Positions 10,601 through 20,000 of a DNA stretch of 64,000 bases are shown here, piece by piece. Position 1 is the stretch's first letter. Every line of letters starts with the position of its first letter. Where the stretch lies: NCBI GenBank assembly GCA_965222615.1, contig CBDCUI010000009.1, forward strand, positions 928,001 through 992,000, read 5' to 3'. The stretch comes from Gammaproteobacteria bacterium. GTDB taxonomy: Bacteria; Pseudomonadota; Gammaproteobacteria; UBA4575. Under the pieces are notes generated by a model. The model was not told where the DNA came from. It saw only the letters and a program-made list of their open reading frames with translations, and made no database searches. The translations under genes were made by a program, and so were the position numbers.

Positions 10601-13600
10601 GGATGGACAAGCAAGTGCAAACGCCAACTTTAGTTGGCAGGTACTTTCATCAAATAGTGCCCCTGTGGTTACCTCACCGGGCGATCAAAACAACCAAGTG
10701 GATGACACGATATCACTCACAATTACAGCTACGGATATTGATAACGACCCACTGACTTATCAAGCAACGGGCTTACCGACAGGCTTAGTCATTAACGCCA
10801 GCACTGGTGTAATTAGCGGTACGCTTACAGAAGTGGGACAGTACACCACACAAGTCAGTGTGAGTGATGGACAAGAGGCGACAGTAATACAATTTACTTG
10901 GTCTGTACTAGTTAATAATTTACCGCCAACACTAGACCCAATTGCAAATCAAAATAATGTAGTGGGCGATAGCATATCTTTACAATTATCTGCAACAGAT
11001 CCGAATAACGACCCCATCGCCTATAGCGCCACCGGCTTACCAGATGGATTAAACCTGAATACACAAACAGGATTGATAAGCGGGCAAACATCGCTTGCCA
11101 ATGTATTTAATGTAAGCGTTTCCGTTAGTGACGGAGAATTAGCTAGTAACCGTAGTTTTACTTGGACCGTCACTGCAGCACCGGAGCCTATCGTAATTAA
11201 TCCACTGTCTTCTGCACCAGTAGAGACAGGAGTCACGCAGAACTATGTCGGCTCCGCACAAGGTGATGGAGTACTTGAATATAGTTGGTTATTTGGTGAC
11301 GGTAGTCCGGCCACCAGCTTTTCAACCGATTCAAGTGCTTCGCATGTGTTTAATGCACCCGGTCGTTATCTGGTTACCTTAACGGTGAGAAACCAAACCT
11401 CACAGGCCAGCACGACATTCACGCAAGCGGTACATTTGCCTCTAGCAAATGGTACAGCAAGTGGCGATGCAACAATTGTCTATGAAGATACTACAGGGGT
11501 TGCGCGAGTTTGGGCCGTGAATCCAGATAATGACACCGTTACTGTTATCAATGTTGCTACTCAAACAAAAATTACGGAAATTGCAACTGGTACAAAACCG
11601 GTTTCCTTAGTGCTTGATGCGGCAAATAATGAACTGCTTGTTGTTAATAAAAAATCAGCTTCTATTACACGCATATCATTGGCAACTTTAGCTTTAGTCG
11701 ATGAAATAAGCTTACCTAGAGGATCGCAACCGCATGGTATCGCGATAAATGCAGGAACTGGATATATTTATGTAGCTTTAGAAGCATTAAAGCAAGTTAT
11801 TCAAATTGATTCGATTACTAATCAAATTGTCAATACTCTAAACTTATCCAACAACATCCGGCATTTAACACTATCGCCTGATGGATCGGTTTTGTATGCA
11901 CCATTATTTAAAACCCCTAAAATTCCAGGAGAAGATACTTCCTCTCCATCTGTACTCGACGGCAATAATCAAATCGTCGGTGGCATAGTTAATCGTATTT
12001 TGACCGACAGTTTCACACTGGATAGTCCTATTGTCTTACCTCATAGTGATGCACTTGTCTCGGAGCATTCGGGACCCGGTCTACCAAACTATCTACGCAA
12101 TTTGTCGATTTCCCCAGATGGAATTAATGCCTATGTTCCATCCAAACAAGATAATATTTTAGCCGGAACCGCACGCAGCTCGACATTACTTGATCATGAT
12201 CACACAGTACGTGCCATTGTTTCTCAAGTTGATTTAGTTAATGCCATGGCTTTGTTAAATAACCGAGTCGACATTGACAATTCCAGTGTTGCTTCTGCAG
12301 CAGCTTATGGCCCATTTGGAAATTATTTATTTGTTGCACTTGAAGGAAACCGCATGGTGTCTATTGTAGATGCCTATCGAGGCGAAGAATTGTTTAGATT
12401 TGTAACAGGTCGCGCACCGCAAGGATTAGTGACTAGCCCAGATGGCACTATGTTGTTTGTACATAACTTTTTAGATCGTACGGTGAGTATTCATGATATA
12501 TCAAAAATTACTCTTGAAGGTGTCAACCAACTAACTAATGTTGCTTCGATTCCCTTAGTCGCGAATGAAAAATTGTCACCAACAGTTTTACTTGGTAAGC
12601 AACATTTCTACGATGCACTAGATCCACGTTTAACTCTGGAAGTCTATATGAGTTGTGCAAGCTGTCATAACGATGGTGATGACGACGGACGCATTTGGGA
12701 CTTCACTCAATTTGGTGAAGGCTTGAGAAGTACAATCAGTCTGATTGGTCAAGCAGGTGCTTTACATGGCCCGGTACACTGGACCGGTAACTTTGATGAG
12801 ATTCAGGATTTTGAAGGACAAATTCGATCTTTCGCCGGTGGATTGGGACTAATGGATGATGTCGACTTTAATCAAGGTACTCGTTCGCAACCATTGGGAG
12901 ATACAAAGGCCGGAGTTAGTCCAAACTTAGATGCACTGGCGGCGTACTTGGAATCTCTATCCACTGTGGAACCCAGCCCTTATCGCGAAAGTGATGGTGA
13001 ACTCACCGCGAATGCACAAGCCGGTAAACAATTATTTGCCGATAATAACTGTGCCGATTGTCATAACGGTAGTCGCTTTAGCGATAGCGCACTGGATACA
13101 CGCCATGATGTAGGAACCCTAGATGCGGATAGCGGACAACGTTTGGGAGGCTTGTTGGATGGTTTGGATACCCCAACCCTTAGAGGTTTATGGATGAGCG
13201 CCCCTTACTTACACGATGGTTCGCAAGATACTCTTGAAGGCGCTATTCTTTCGCATACCACTTTGAACATCAGCACATCTGATGCTGCCTTAATCGCTGA
13301 ATATCTATTGCAGCTGGACGAAGAAGAAATTGCGCCTACAACACAAGAAACTTTATTGCAATCAATTTCAATACCCGCTGTTGGTACAGATTGGGTACCG
13401 GTAACGGTTACCGGATCTTACACCGACATGGTTGTCGTCTGTTCCATTGTGCAAACAAATAACTTTGTGCCACAAATCACACGTGTACGCGTAACTGCAA
13501 ATAATCAATTCGAAGTAAGACTACAAAGTCCATCTAATAATATTTTGTTAAATGAAAGAGTAGACTGTGTAGTTGCCGAGCAAGGCAATTGGTTATTACC

Positions 13601-14207
13601 TAATGGTGATCAATTTGAAGCGAGGCTGTATCAAAGTTCGATTACGGATAGAAAAGGTTCATGGATAGGTGAGCAACAAAACTACTTAAATAGCTACATT
13701 AATCCGGTAGTGATTGGCCAAGTCATGTCTTATAACGATTCGAATTGGTCAACATTTTGGAACCAAGGTTCTGCGCGTAGAAATATTCCATCCAATACAG
13801 TGATAAAAACAGGCAAGATGGTAGGTGAAGATCCAAATACAACGCGTAGTACCGAGACAATCGGCTATATGGTGTTTGAGCGCAATTCAGGAACGATAAA
13901 TGGAATTGAATTCGAAACAGCGGTTGGAACCGATAGCATACGAGGATGGAATAATTCTGCATCTGGAAATACTTATAGCCTACTCAATTCATATGCAACC
14001 ACATCGATTTCAATTGCATCGATCACAGCCATGGATGGCAATAATGGTGGTTGGTCTACAATAAGAGGACCGGTTTTTGGCAATCAATTAACTATAAGCA
14101 TCGATGAAGACCAAGTGTTGGATACAGAAAGAAATCATACCACGGAGCAAGTTAGTTATTTAATAATGAGTGAAAGCGGAGTGGTACCTCTTACAAAAGT
14201 GGAGTAA
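7686..14207 (+). CDS. 2173-aa secreted multidomain protein: galactose-oxidase-like (AA5) copper-radical oxidase + Ig-like (He_PIG) x4 + PA14 + F5/8C (CBM32-like) + PKD + YVTN-type beta-propeller + di-heme cytochrome c + C-terminal beta-rich repeats
   Basis: HDMFC113, RWY160P, RNY366H367S, GGGLCG, STTH450; four LPxGLx(L/V/I)N..TG.I(S/T)G repeats; SDDGSQLFIND; AIDGD.NTIWH; WLFGDG; VWAVNPDNDTVTVI; CASCH and CADCH; TPTLRG..APYLHDGS. Confidence 0.88.
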   Translation: MGNYVSNKLYSFTKLPTNFLLACILFLFFITQSYVLAGPEDPQDGGAWGPITSWPMIPVSAANLPDGRIIAWASNERTTFPSSVNNESTYTAVWDPQSNSFIEIPHPSHDMFCSHHVMLEDGNVFVSGGRNQGNTPFTSIFNHQTNQWEQLANMNRGRWYPTSVALADGTIMTAIGSGGGNTAELWDGTSSWNLLGGLNFDVPILNYGHGERDWWPLLHLAPDGQIFHSGPTPDMHMINTSGNGSITQTNTHTDWYPKHGATVMYDEGKLLTAGGWVGANNVSSSNQAMVIDLNGPSPQITPIASMHHARKFQNGVTLPNGEVLIVGGNTSGLKFDDSGTIYSVEIWNPDTQLWREGASMDVPRNYHSVALLMLDGRVYSAGGGLCGCSADHQDHQIYSPPYLFNADGSHASRPVILQVPGVVEAGQTISVAATAGLAEFSLVKMSSTTHAINTDLRYLPVTMNEVTPGNYQLNLHANTNVLTPGYWMLFALNAQGTPSIAKAIRVSTQGLQSGPPTIKQMSDLANRIQETVNLTLVTSDPDGEALTFTATNLPPGLTLNSLSGTITGAPNQAGTYNTTITVADSSGGTDATSFTWNVLAGAGQQGVRYEYYQGDWNTLPNFDQLQPISTGIIPNFSISPAAQADYFGFRYSSQITITTAGNYTFYTNSDDGSQLFINDQLVVDNNGLHAPQERSGSITLAAGNHDIRVTFFEKTGGANLVVSYAGPNIAKQTIPNSVLFVPTFQGVQSTRYVRLTALSEINAKPWTSAAEINLLDTNGQALTRSAWTVSASSMELTGENGAASNAIDGDVNTIWHTEWFSQAGDDNDPAHPHHFIIDLGAVNDISGLTYLPRPGAGNGTIKAYEIYVSGDGINWGTPIHVGEFTSTGLNTVTFVDEPQPTNNAPTIVNPGTQNNSSGDTIALSISAADSDGDILTYSATGLPTGLSVNSATGLISGTVTTAQTFNTTITVSDGQASANANFSWQVLSSNSAPVVTSPGDQNNQVDDTISLTITATDIDNDPLTYQATGLPTGLVINASTGVISGTLTEVGQYTTQVSVSDGQEATVIQFTWSVLVNNLPPTLDPIANQNNVVGDSISLQLSATDPNNDPIAYSATGLPDGLNLNTQTGLISGQTSLANVFNVSVSVSDGELASNRSFTWTVTAAPEPIVINPLSSAPVETGVTQNYVGSAQGDGVLEYSWLFGDGSPATSFSTDSSASHVFNAPGRYLVTLTVRNQTSQASTTFTQAVHLPLANGTASGDATIVYEDTTGVARVWAVNPDNDTVTVINVATQTKITEIATGTKPVSLVLDAANNELLVVNKKSASITRISLATLALVDEISLPRGSQPHGIAINAGTGYIYVALEALKQVIQIDSITNQIVNTLNLSNNIRHLTLSPDGSVLYAPLFKTPKIPGEDTSSPSVLDGNNQIVGGIVNRILTDSFTLDSPIVLPHSDALVSEHSGPGLPNYLRNLSISPDGINAYVPSKQDNILAGTARSSTLLDHDHTVRAIVSQVDLVNAMALLNNRVDIDNSSVASAAAYGPFGNYLFVALEGNRMVSIVDAYRGEELFRFVTGRAPQGLVTSPDGTMLFVHNFLDRTVSIHDISKITLEGVNQLTNVASIPLVANEKLSPTVLLGKQHFYDALDPRLTLEVYMSCASCHNDGDDDGRIWDFTQFGEGLRSTISLIGQAGALHGPVHWTGNFDEIQDFEGQIRSFAGGLGLMDDVDFNQGTRSQPLGDTKAGVSPNLDALAAYLESLSTVEPSPYRESDGELTANAQAGKQLFADNNCADCHNGSRFSDSALDTRHDVGTLDADSGQRLGGLLDGLDTPTLRGLWMSAPYLHDGSQDTLEGAILSHTTLNISTSDAALIAEYLLQLDEEEIAPTTQETLLQSISIPAVGTDWVPVTVTGSYTDMVVVCSIVQTNNFVPQITRVRVTANNQFEVRLQSPSNNILLNERVDCVVAEQGNWLLPNGDQFEARLYQSSITDRKGSWIGEQQNYLNSYINPVVIGQVMSYNDSNWSTFWNQGSARRNIPSNTVIKTGKMVGEDPNTTRSTETIGYMVFERNSGTINGIEFETAVGTDSIRGWNNSASGNTYSLLNSYATTSISIASITAMDGNNGGWSTIRGPVFGNQLTISIDEDQVLDTERNHTTEQVSYLIMSESGVVPLTKVE

Positions 14208-14217
14208 TACTCGTTAT

Positions 14218-14433
14218 ATGGCTTCGCCATTATTAAACGGTTCGTATCTTCCCTGATGCGGGCTCTCACTCGTGTATCCTTACACTCGCCCGGCGATTTT
14301 GTGAACCTCTGTTCGGCTCCACTCTATCCCCACCAACGTCTTTAAAAAAGAAACTTCACTTTTGGTGAAAGCTTCTTTTCATAAATAGAGAATGGCTTCG
14401 CCATGCTTAACTTGCGACTAATACCCAGTCGCA
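14218..14433. repeat. Two copies of the hairpin+TTAA(C/T)TTGCG-type repeat (14218-14236, 14392-14433) flanking a GC-richer multi-hairpin segment
   Basis: ATGGC-TTC-GCCAT hairpin twice; 14218-14236 is the exact reverse complement of 34296-34314. Confidence 0.7.
14344..14379. terminator. Probable bidirectional intrinsic terminator between the giant ORF and tRNA-Pro
   Basis: AAAAGAAACTTCAC-TTTTG-GTGAAAGCTTCTTTT imperfect stem with A and T tracts, between convergent genes. Confidence 0.5.
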
Positions 14434-14437
14434 TGTG

Positions 14438-14514
14438 TGGTCGGGGTGAGAGGATTTGAACCTCCGACCACCGCAACCCCATTGCGGTGCGCTACCAGGC
14501 TGCGCTACACCCCG
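14438..14514 (-). tRNA. tRNA-Pro(GGG)
   Basis: Reverse complement CGGGGTGTAGCGCAGCCTGGTAGCGCA-CCGCA-ATGGGGT-TGCGG-...GGTTCAAATCC...CCGACCA, 77 nt; usual site after ihfA-merR. Confidence 0.96.
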
Positions 14515-14555
14515 ATATTAGAAAAAACCGAATATGAATTAAATTATAGAGTGAT

Positions 14556-14915
14556 TTATTGACGTTTTAAAACTTGCAGCAAGTCTTCTAGTTCTACGCG
14601 CATCTGATGAACAAGTTGCTGACTTTGATTGTTATCTTCTTTTGCTGAAGATCCAGCGAGCTTAAGTCTCGCACCACCAATAGTGTAGCCTTGCTCATAC
14701 AAGAGACTACGAATTTGGCGAATTAGAATGACATCATGACGTTGGTAATAACGACGGTTGCCACGTCTTTTTACTGGCTTTAATGAAGGGAATTCTTGTT
14801 CCCAATACCGCAACACATGTGGTTTAACCCCACATAACTCACTCACTTCACCAATTGTAAAATAGCGCTTCCCAGGAATCGCCGGCAATTCATTATTGTT
14901 ATTAATTTCCAGCAT
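14556..14915 (-). CDS. MerR-family regulator (ihfA-linked)
   Basis: [25 protein letters not shown]; conserved position after ihfA. Confidence 0.93.
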   Translation of the reverse strand: MLEINNNNELPAIPGKRYFTIGEVSELCGVKPHVLRYWEQEFPSLKPVKRRGNRRYYQRHDVILIRQIRSLLYEQGYTIGGARLKLAGSSAKEDNNQSQQLVHQMRVELEDLLQVLKRQ

Positions 14916-15195
14916 ATGCCTCAACTCTTGCTTTTAATTTTTGCCCAGGACGAAAAGTTACTACACGTCGTGCTGAAATAGGAATCTCTTCTCCAGTTTT
15001 CGGATTTCGGCCAGGTCGTTGATTTTTGTCCCGCAAAATAAAATTCCCAAAACCTGAAAGTTTAACTTCATGGCCTTGCTCCAATGCGAGCCGAACCTCC
15101 TCAAAGAATATTTCGACTAATTCTTTTGCTTCTCGCTTGTTGAGGCCTAACTCCTCAAACAAGTTTTCTGCCATTTCAGCTTTGGTTAGCGCCAT
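14902..15195 (-). CDS. ihfA: Integration host factor alpha
   Basis: [10 protein letters not shown]...[27 protein letters not shown]. Confidence 0.98.
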   Translation of the reverse strand: MALTKAEMAENLFEELGLNKREAKELVEIFFEEVRLALEQGHEVKLSGFGNFILRDKNQRPGRNPKTGEEIPISARRVVTFRPGQKLKARVEAYAGN

Positions 15196-15200
15196 TGCAG

Positions 15201-17588
15201 TTATGTTCTTATTTCCGCTCCAACTTTATTACTAAGTTGAGAAATAATTAATGAGATTGTTTGTTCTATTTCTTTATCCGTAAGGGTGCGTGAAAACTCT
15301 TGCAAAATCAAGCCTAAAGAGACGCTTTTCTTAGAATCTGCTACACCTTTACCCGTATAAATACTGAAAATTTCGATGTTTTGGAGACATGAAATTTCCA
15401 TTTGTTCAATGTTTGTGCAAATTTCTTCGGCACTGATTGTTTCATCAACAATTAAAGTGATATCCCGACGGATCGAAGGGTATTTAGACAAGGACTGAAA
15501 TACAATCTCAGCAGATTCTCCCAGCAAATTATTTAACTGTAATTCAAATAAGAAAATGGGCTGGTCAATATCTAGCTTGGATTGAATACGTGGGTGCAAC
15601 TTACCAATTCGGCCAATAATTTGATTATCTACAATAACTTTAGCAGCTTGGCCAGGATGCAATGCCGGATCATTTAAAATTTCAAAATTAACCTTGCTGG
15701 TTGGCAAGAAAGCTATATCCAAGATTCGTTCTACATCACCCTTTAAGTCATAAAAATCTACTACTCTAGCTTCCTCCGACCATTGCTGCGGGTAATTTAA
15801 ACCTGTCACTAATCCAGCAAGAATCGGTGTTTGTTTTAGCCCCTGCTTAGTCTGCAGAAACTGTAGTCCATGCTCAAAAAATCGAATGCGGGTTTGTTGG
15901 CGATTCAAATTATATTGTGCCGCCTTAATCAAACCTGGCCATATACTGCTGCGCATCACCGCAAGCTCTTGAGAAATCGGATTCGCTAATACTTTAGACT
16001 TATGTTCAGGGTTCAACATGGATTCTATGCCCTGATCGACAAAGCTAAATGAAATGATTTCATGGTAACCAGATGTAACCAAAGCGCGTTTGATCAAAGT
16101 CAGCTTGTCAAAATTTGATGTTGCAGCTTTGTTTTGATAGGAAATATCATTTACTTGACCAGGTATGTTTTCATACCCTACCAGACGCACCACTTCTTCA
16201 ATCAAATCAACATCCATAGTTAAATCAAAACGAAAGCTTGGTGGAATAACTTGCAAACTATTGCCTGTTACTTGTACATCACAGCCTAAGCGCTTTAACA
16301 AATTCTCTACTTCTTCAATTGATATTTTTATACCCAGTAGTGATTCAACTTTAGAATGATCTAGTTTAATTTTGACAGGCCCCGTTACTGCAGCACCATT
16401 TTCTTCAAGAATTACCGGACCCGCCGTACCGCCAACCAATTCAAGTATTAGCTGGGTAGCTCTTTCTATTGCAAGTGGACTTAATTTAGGATCAACTCCA
16501 CGCTCAAAACGATGCGATGAATCCGTATGCAAACCATAGCGTCTTGCTTTACCAGAAATTGTCTCTGGCTTAAACGATGCACTTTCTAAAAAAATATCGG
16601 TAGTTTGATCATCAACTGCAGTACTACTTCCCCCCATAATACCTGCCAGAGCAATAGGTTGTTTTGCATCGGCGATTAGCAAATCATCACTTGCCAGCTC
16701 AACTACTTGACCATCAAGTAACTCTAGTTTTTCAGAGGCATCAGCAAATCGTACTGTGATCCCTTCTTCAAGTTTATTTAAATCAAACGCATGCATGGGT
16801 TGACCCAGTTCTAGCATTACGTAATTGGTTATATCAATGATGGCATTTAAGGACCGCAATCCAGCGCGTCGCAGTTTTTCCTGCATCCACATCGGACTTT
16901 GCGCTGATCCGGAAATACCTTCAATCACTCTACCCACATAGCGTGGACAATCCTGTTCAGTACGGATTGATACTGGAAAAATTGTTTGGCTGACACTATC
17001 TATCACGGCTGCAGGAATCGGGTTGTGTAAAGAAGTATCTAGCAGCGCAGAGACTTCCCTCGCCACGCCTTGAATACTTAAACAATCAGATCGATTTGGG
17101 GTTAAATCGATATCAATGATTGAGTCATCAAGTAAAAGAGCTTCGTACAACTCTGTTCCTAACGGATACTCGTTTGGCAATTCCATAATCCCTTGCGAAG
17201 ATTCAACCAAACCTAATTCCGATGCGGAACACAACATGCCAAAAGATTCAACACCACGTATTGTTTTTGCTTTAATTTTAAAGTTATCTAGAAGAACTGC
17301 ACCAACTTTTGCATAGGCAACTATAAGCCCTTTGCGTACATTAGCAGCACCACAAATTACTTTATGCGTTTCTCCCTGGCCGTCATCCACATCACATACA
17401 TACAATTTTTCAGCATCTGGGTGTTTTTCTGCGCTTAGTACCTTAGCTACCACCACACCTGAAAATTTAAGTGCTGCAGGCTCTACACTATCGACTTCCA
17501 ACCCAGCCATAGTCAAGCTATCTGCTAATTGCTGTGTGTTGACTTTGGGGCTTACCCATTCACGTAACCAGTTTTCACTTACACGCAT
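15201..17588 (-). CDS. pheT: Phenylalanine-tRNA ligase beta subunit
   Basis: [35 protein letters not shown]. Confidence 0.98.
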   Translation of the reverse strand: MRVSENWLREWVSPKVNTQQLADSLTMAGLEVDSVEPAALKFSGVVVAKVLSAEKHPDAEKLYVCDVDDGQGETHKVICGAANVRKGLIVAYAKVGAVLLDNFKIKAKTIRGVESFGMLCSASELGLVESSQGIMELPNEYPLGTELYEALLLDDSIIDIDLTPNRSDCLSIQGVAREVSALLDTSLHNPIPAAVIDSVSQTIFPVSIRTEQDCPRYVGRVIEGISGSAQSPMWMQEKLRRAGLRSLNAIIDITNYVMLELGQPMHAFDLNKLEEGITVRFADASEKLELLDGQVVELASDDLLIADAKQPIALAGIMGGSSTAVDDQTTDIFLESASFKPETISGKARRYGLHTDSSHRFERGVDPKLSPLAIERATQLILELVGGTAGPVILEENGAAVTGPVKIKLDHSKVESLLGIKISIEEVENLLKRLGCDVQVTGNSLQVIPPSFRFDLTMDVDLIEEVVRLVGYENIPGQVNDISYQNKAATSNFDKLTLIKRALVTSGYHEIISFSFVDQGIESMLNPEHKSKVLANPISQELAVMRSSIWPGLIKAAQYNLNRQQTRIRFFEHGLQFLQTKQGLKQTPILAGLVTGLNYPQQWSEEARVVDFYDLKGDVERILDIAFLPTSKVNFEILNDPALHPGQAAKVIVDNQIIGRIGKLHPRIQSKLDIDQPIFLFELQLNNLLGESAEIVFQSLSKYPSIRRDITLIVDETISAEEICTNIEQMEISCLQNIEIFSIYTGKGVADSKKSVSLGLILQEFSRTLTDKEIEQTISLIISQLSNKVGAEIRT

Positions 17589-17598
17589 AACCCATACC

Positions 17599-18606
<1,008 letters not shown>

Positions 18607-18657
18607 CTAACTAAAGCTATTTTTGTATGCTTTGAATTATTCATCGATTTTTCAAAC

Positions 18658-18689
18658 AAAAAAGGGAAAGGCATCGCCTCTCCCTTTTT
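18658..18689 (-). terminator. Intrinsic terminator between rplT and pheS
   Basis: Reverse complement AAAAAGGGAGAGGC-GAT-GCCTTTCCCTTTTTT stem-loop with U tract. Confidence 0.75.
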
Positions 18690-18740
18690 AAACTAAATTT
18701 TAATATTTTGCGCTGCAATTAATATGTAACGAATTTATTT

Positions 18741-18859
18741 TGAAGTTCTGATTTGATTTGAGACGAGGCAAAAAATATTGAAAAAGCGGAGTTTACACGT
18801 TAGTAAATGAGTATTTTGAAATATTTTTTAACAAAGTATCAAATCGAATCAGAGCTTCA
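18741..18859. repeat. ~119-bp palindromic MITE-like element
   Basis: 24-bp terminal inverted repeats (TGAAGTTCTGATTTGATTTGAGAC / GTATCAAATCGAATCAGAGCTTCA, 3 mismatches); core GGAGTTTACACGTTAGTAAATGAG. Confidence 0.75.
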
Positions 18860-19219
18860 GGAACTTGATAAGCTGGCTTTTGCTTGTTCTGCAATCTTAC
18901 CAAATGTATCGATGTCGTTAACCGCTAAGTCAGCTAATACCTTGCGATCAATTTCAATAGAGGCCTTGTTCAAACCATTCATTAAACGACTATAGGATAA
19001 ACCAAACTGTCTTGCAGCCGCGTTGATACGTACGATCCATAAAGATCGAAATTGGCGTTTGCGTTGGCGTCGATCACGGTATGCATACTGACCCGCTTTA
19101 ATTACTGCCTGCTTGGCAACACGGTACACATTTTTGCGTGCGCCATAATAGCCTTTGGCCTTTGCACGTACTTTTTTATGCTTAGCATGCGCAACTACTG
19201 ATCGTTTAGCTCTTGGCAT
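18857..19219 (-). CDS. rplT: 50S ribosomal protein L20
   Basis: [34 protein letters not shown]. Confidence 0.98.
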   Translation of the reverse strand: MPRAKRSVVAHAKHKKVRAKAKGYYGARKNVYRVAKQAVIKAGQYAYRDRRQRKRQFRSLWIVRINAAARQFGLSYSRLMNGLNKASIEIDRKVLADLAVNDIDTFGKIAEQAKASLSSS

Positions 19220-19246
19220 TTATTCTCTCCAAATTCTTTTCATTAC

Positions 19247-19444
19247 TTACGCATAGGGAAGCATTTGCTTCACAGACTTATTATCCGATTCTGCAATTAA
19301 AGCACTCGAACGCAACTGTCTTTTACGTTTGGTACTTTTCTTAGTGAGGATATGTCTTCCATGTGATTGAATACGTTTAAAACCACCTTTGGCAGTTTTT
19401 TTAAAACGCTTTGCAGCACCTCGATTAGTCTTTAATTTCGGCAT
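19247..19444 (-). CDS. rpmI: 50S ribosomal protein L35
   Basis: [17 protein letters not shown]...[15 protein letters not shown]. Confidence 0.98.
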   Translation of the reverse strand: MPKLKTNRGAAKRFKKTAKGGFKRIQSHGRHILTKKSTKRKRQLRSSALIAESDNKSVKQMLPYA

Positions 19445-19455
19445 TAGTATTCCAA

Positions 19456-19977
19456 TTACTTTTTACGTAAAGGTGCAAATACCATAACTAGCTGTCGCCC
19501 TTCAAGTTTTGGTCTTTGCTCTACTTCACCATATTCTTTTAAATCATCTTCTATTCGATCAAGTAATCTAGCACCAAGTTCTTGATGCATCATTTCTCGA
19601 CCTCTAAATCGGATCGTTACTTTGGTTTTATTATTATTCGTTAAAAATTCAATAATCTTTTTTAGTTTTACCTGGTAGTCACTTTCTTCAGTTCCCGGAC
19701 GAAATTTAATTTCTTTAACATGAATTGTTTTTTGTCTTTTGCGCGCTACTTGAGCTTTTTTACTTTGTTCAAACTTAAATTTGCCATAATCCATCACTCG
19801 GCAAACTGGTGGACTGGCATTGGGAACAATTTCTACTAAATCAAGATCAGCATCTATTGCTATTTGTTGAGCTTGATCGATATCTACTACCCCAACATTT
19901 TCTCCATCACTTCCGATCAGGCGTACTTCCCGATCAGTAATTTCTTCATTTAAACGGTTCTCTTTCGCTGCGCTGAT
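19456..19977 (-). CDS. infC: Translation initiation factor IF-3 with non-canonical ATC start
   Basis: Frame stays open upstream of the track ORF (RLNEEIT.REVRLI...[21 protein letters not shown]); GGAGGAATAGGAT precedes ATC at 19977; 174 codons. Confidence 0.93.
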   Translation of the reverse strand: MSAAKENRLNEEITDREVRLIGSDGENVGVVDIDQAQQIAIDADLDLVEIVPNASPPVCRVMDYGKFKFEQSKKAQVARKRQKTIHVKEIKFRPGTEESDYQVKLKKIIEFLTNNNKTKVTIRFRGREMMHQELGARLLDRIEDDLKEYGEVEQRPKLEGRQLVMVFAPLRKK

Positions 19978-20000
19978 ATCCTATTCCTCCAAACAAAAAA

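Noticed and set aside
18807-18995. 62-aa + strand ORF and the many other short antisense or nested ORFs in the track
   Set aside because: Shadow frames of well-identified genes, with no motifs or SD support
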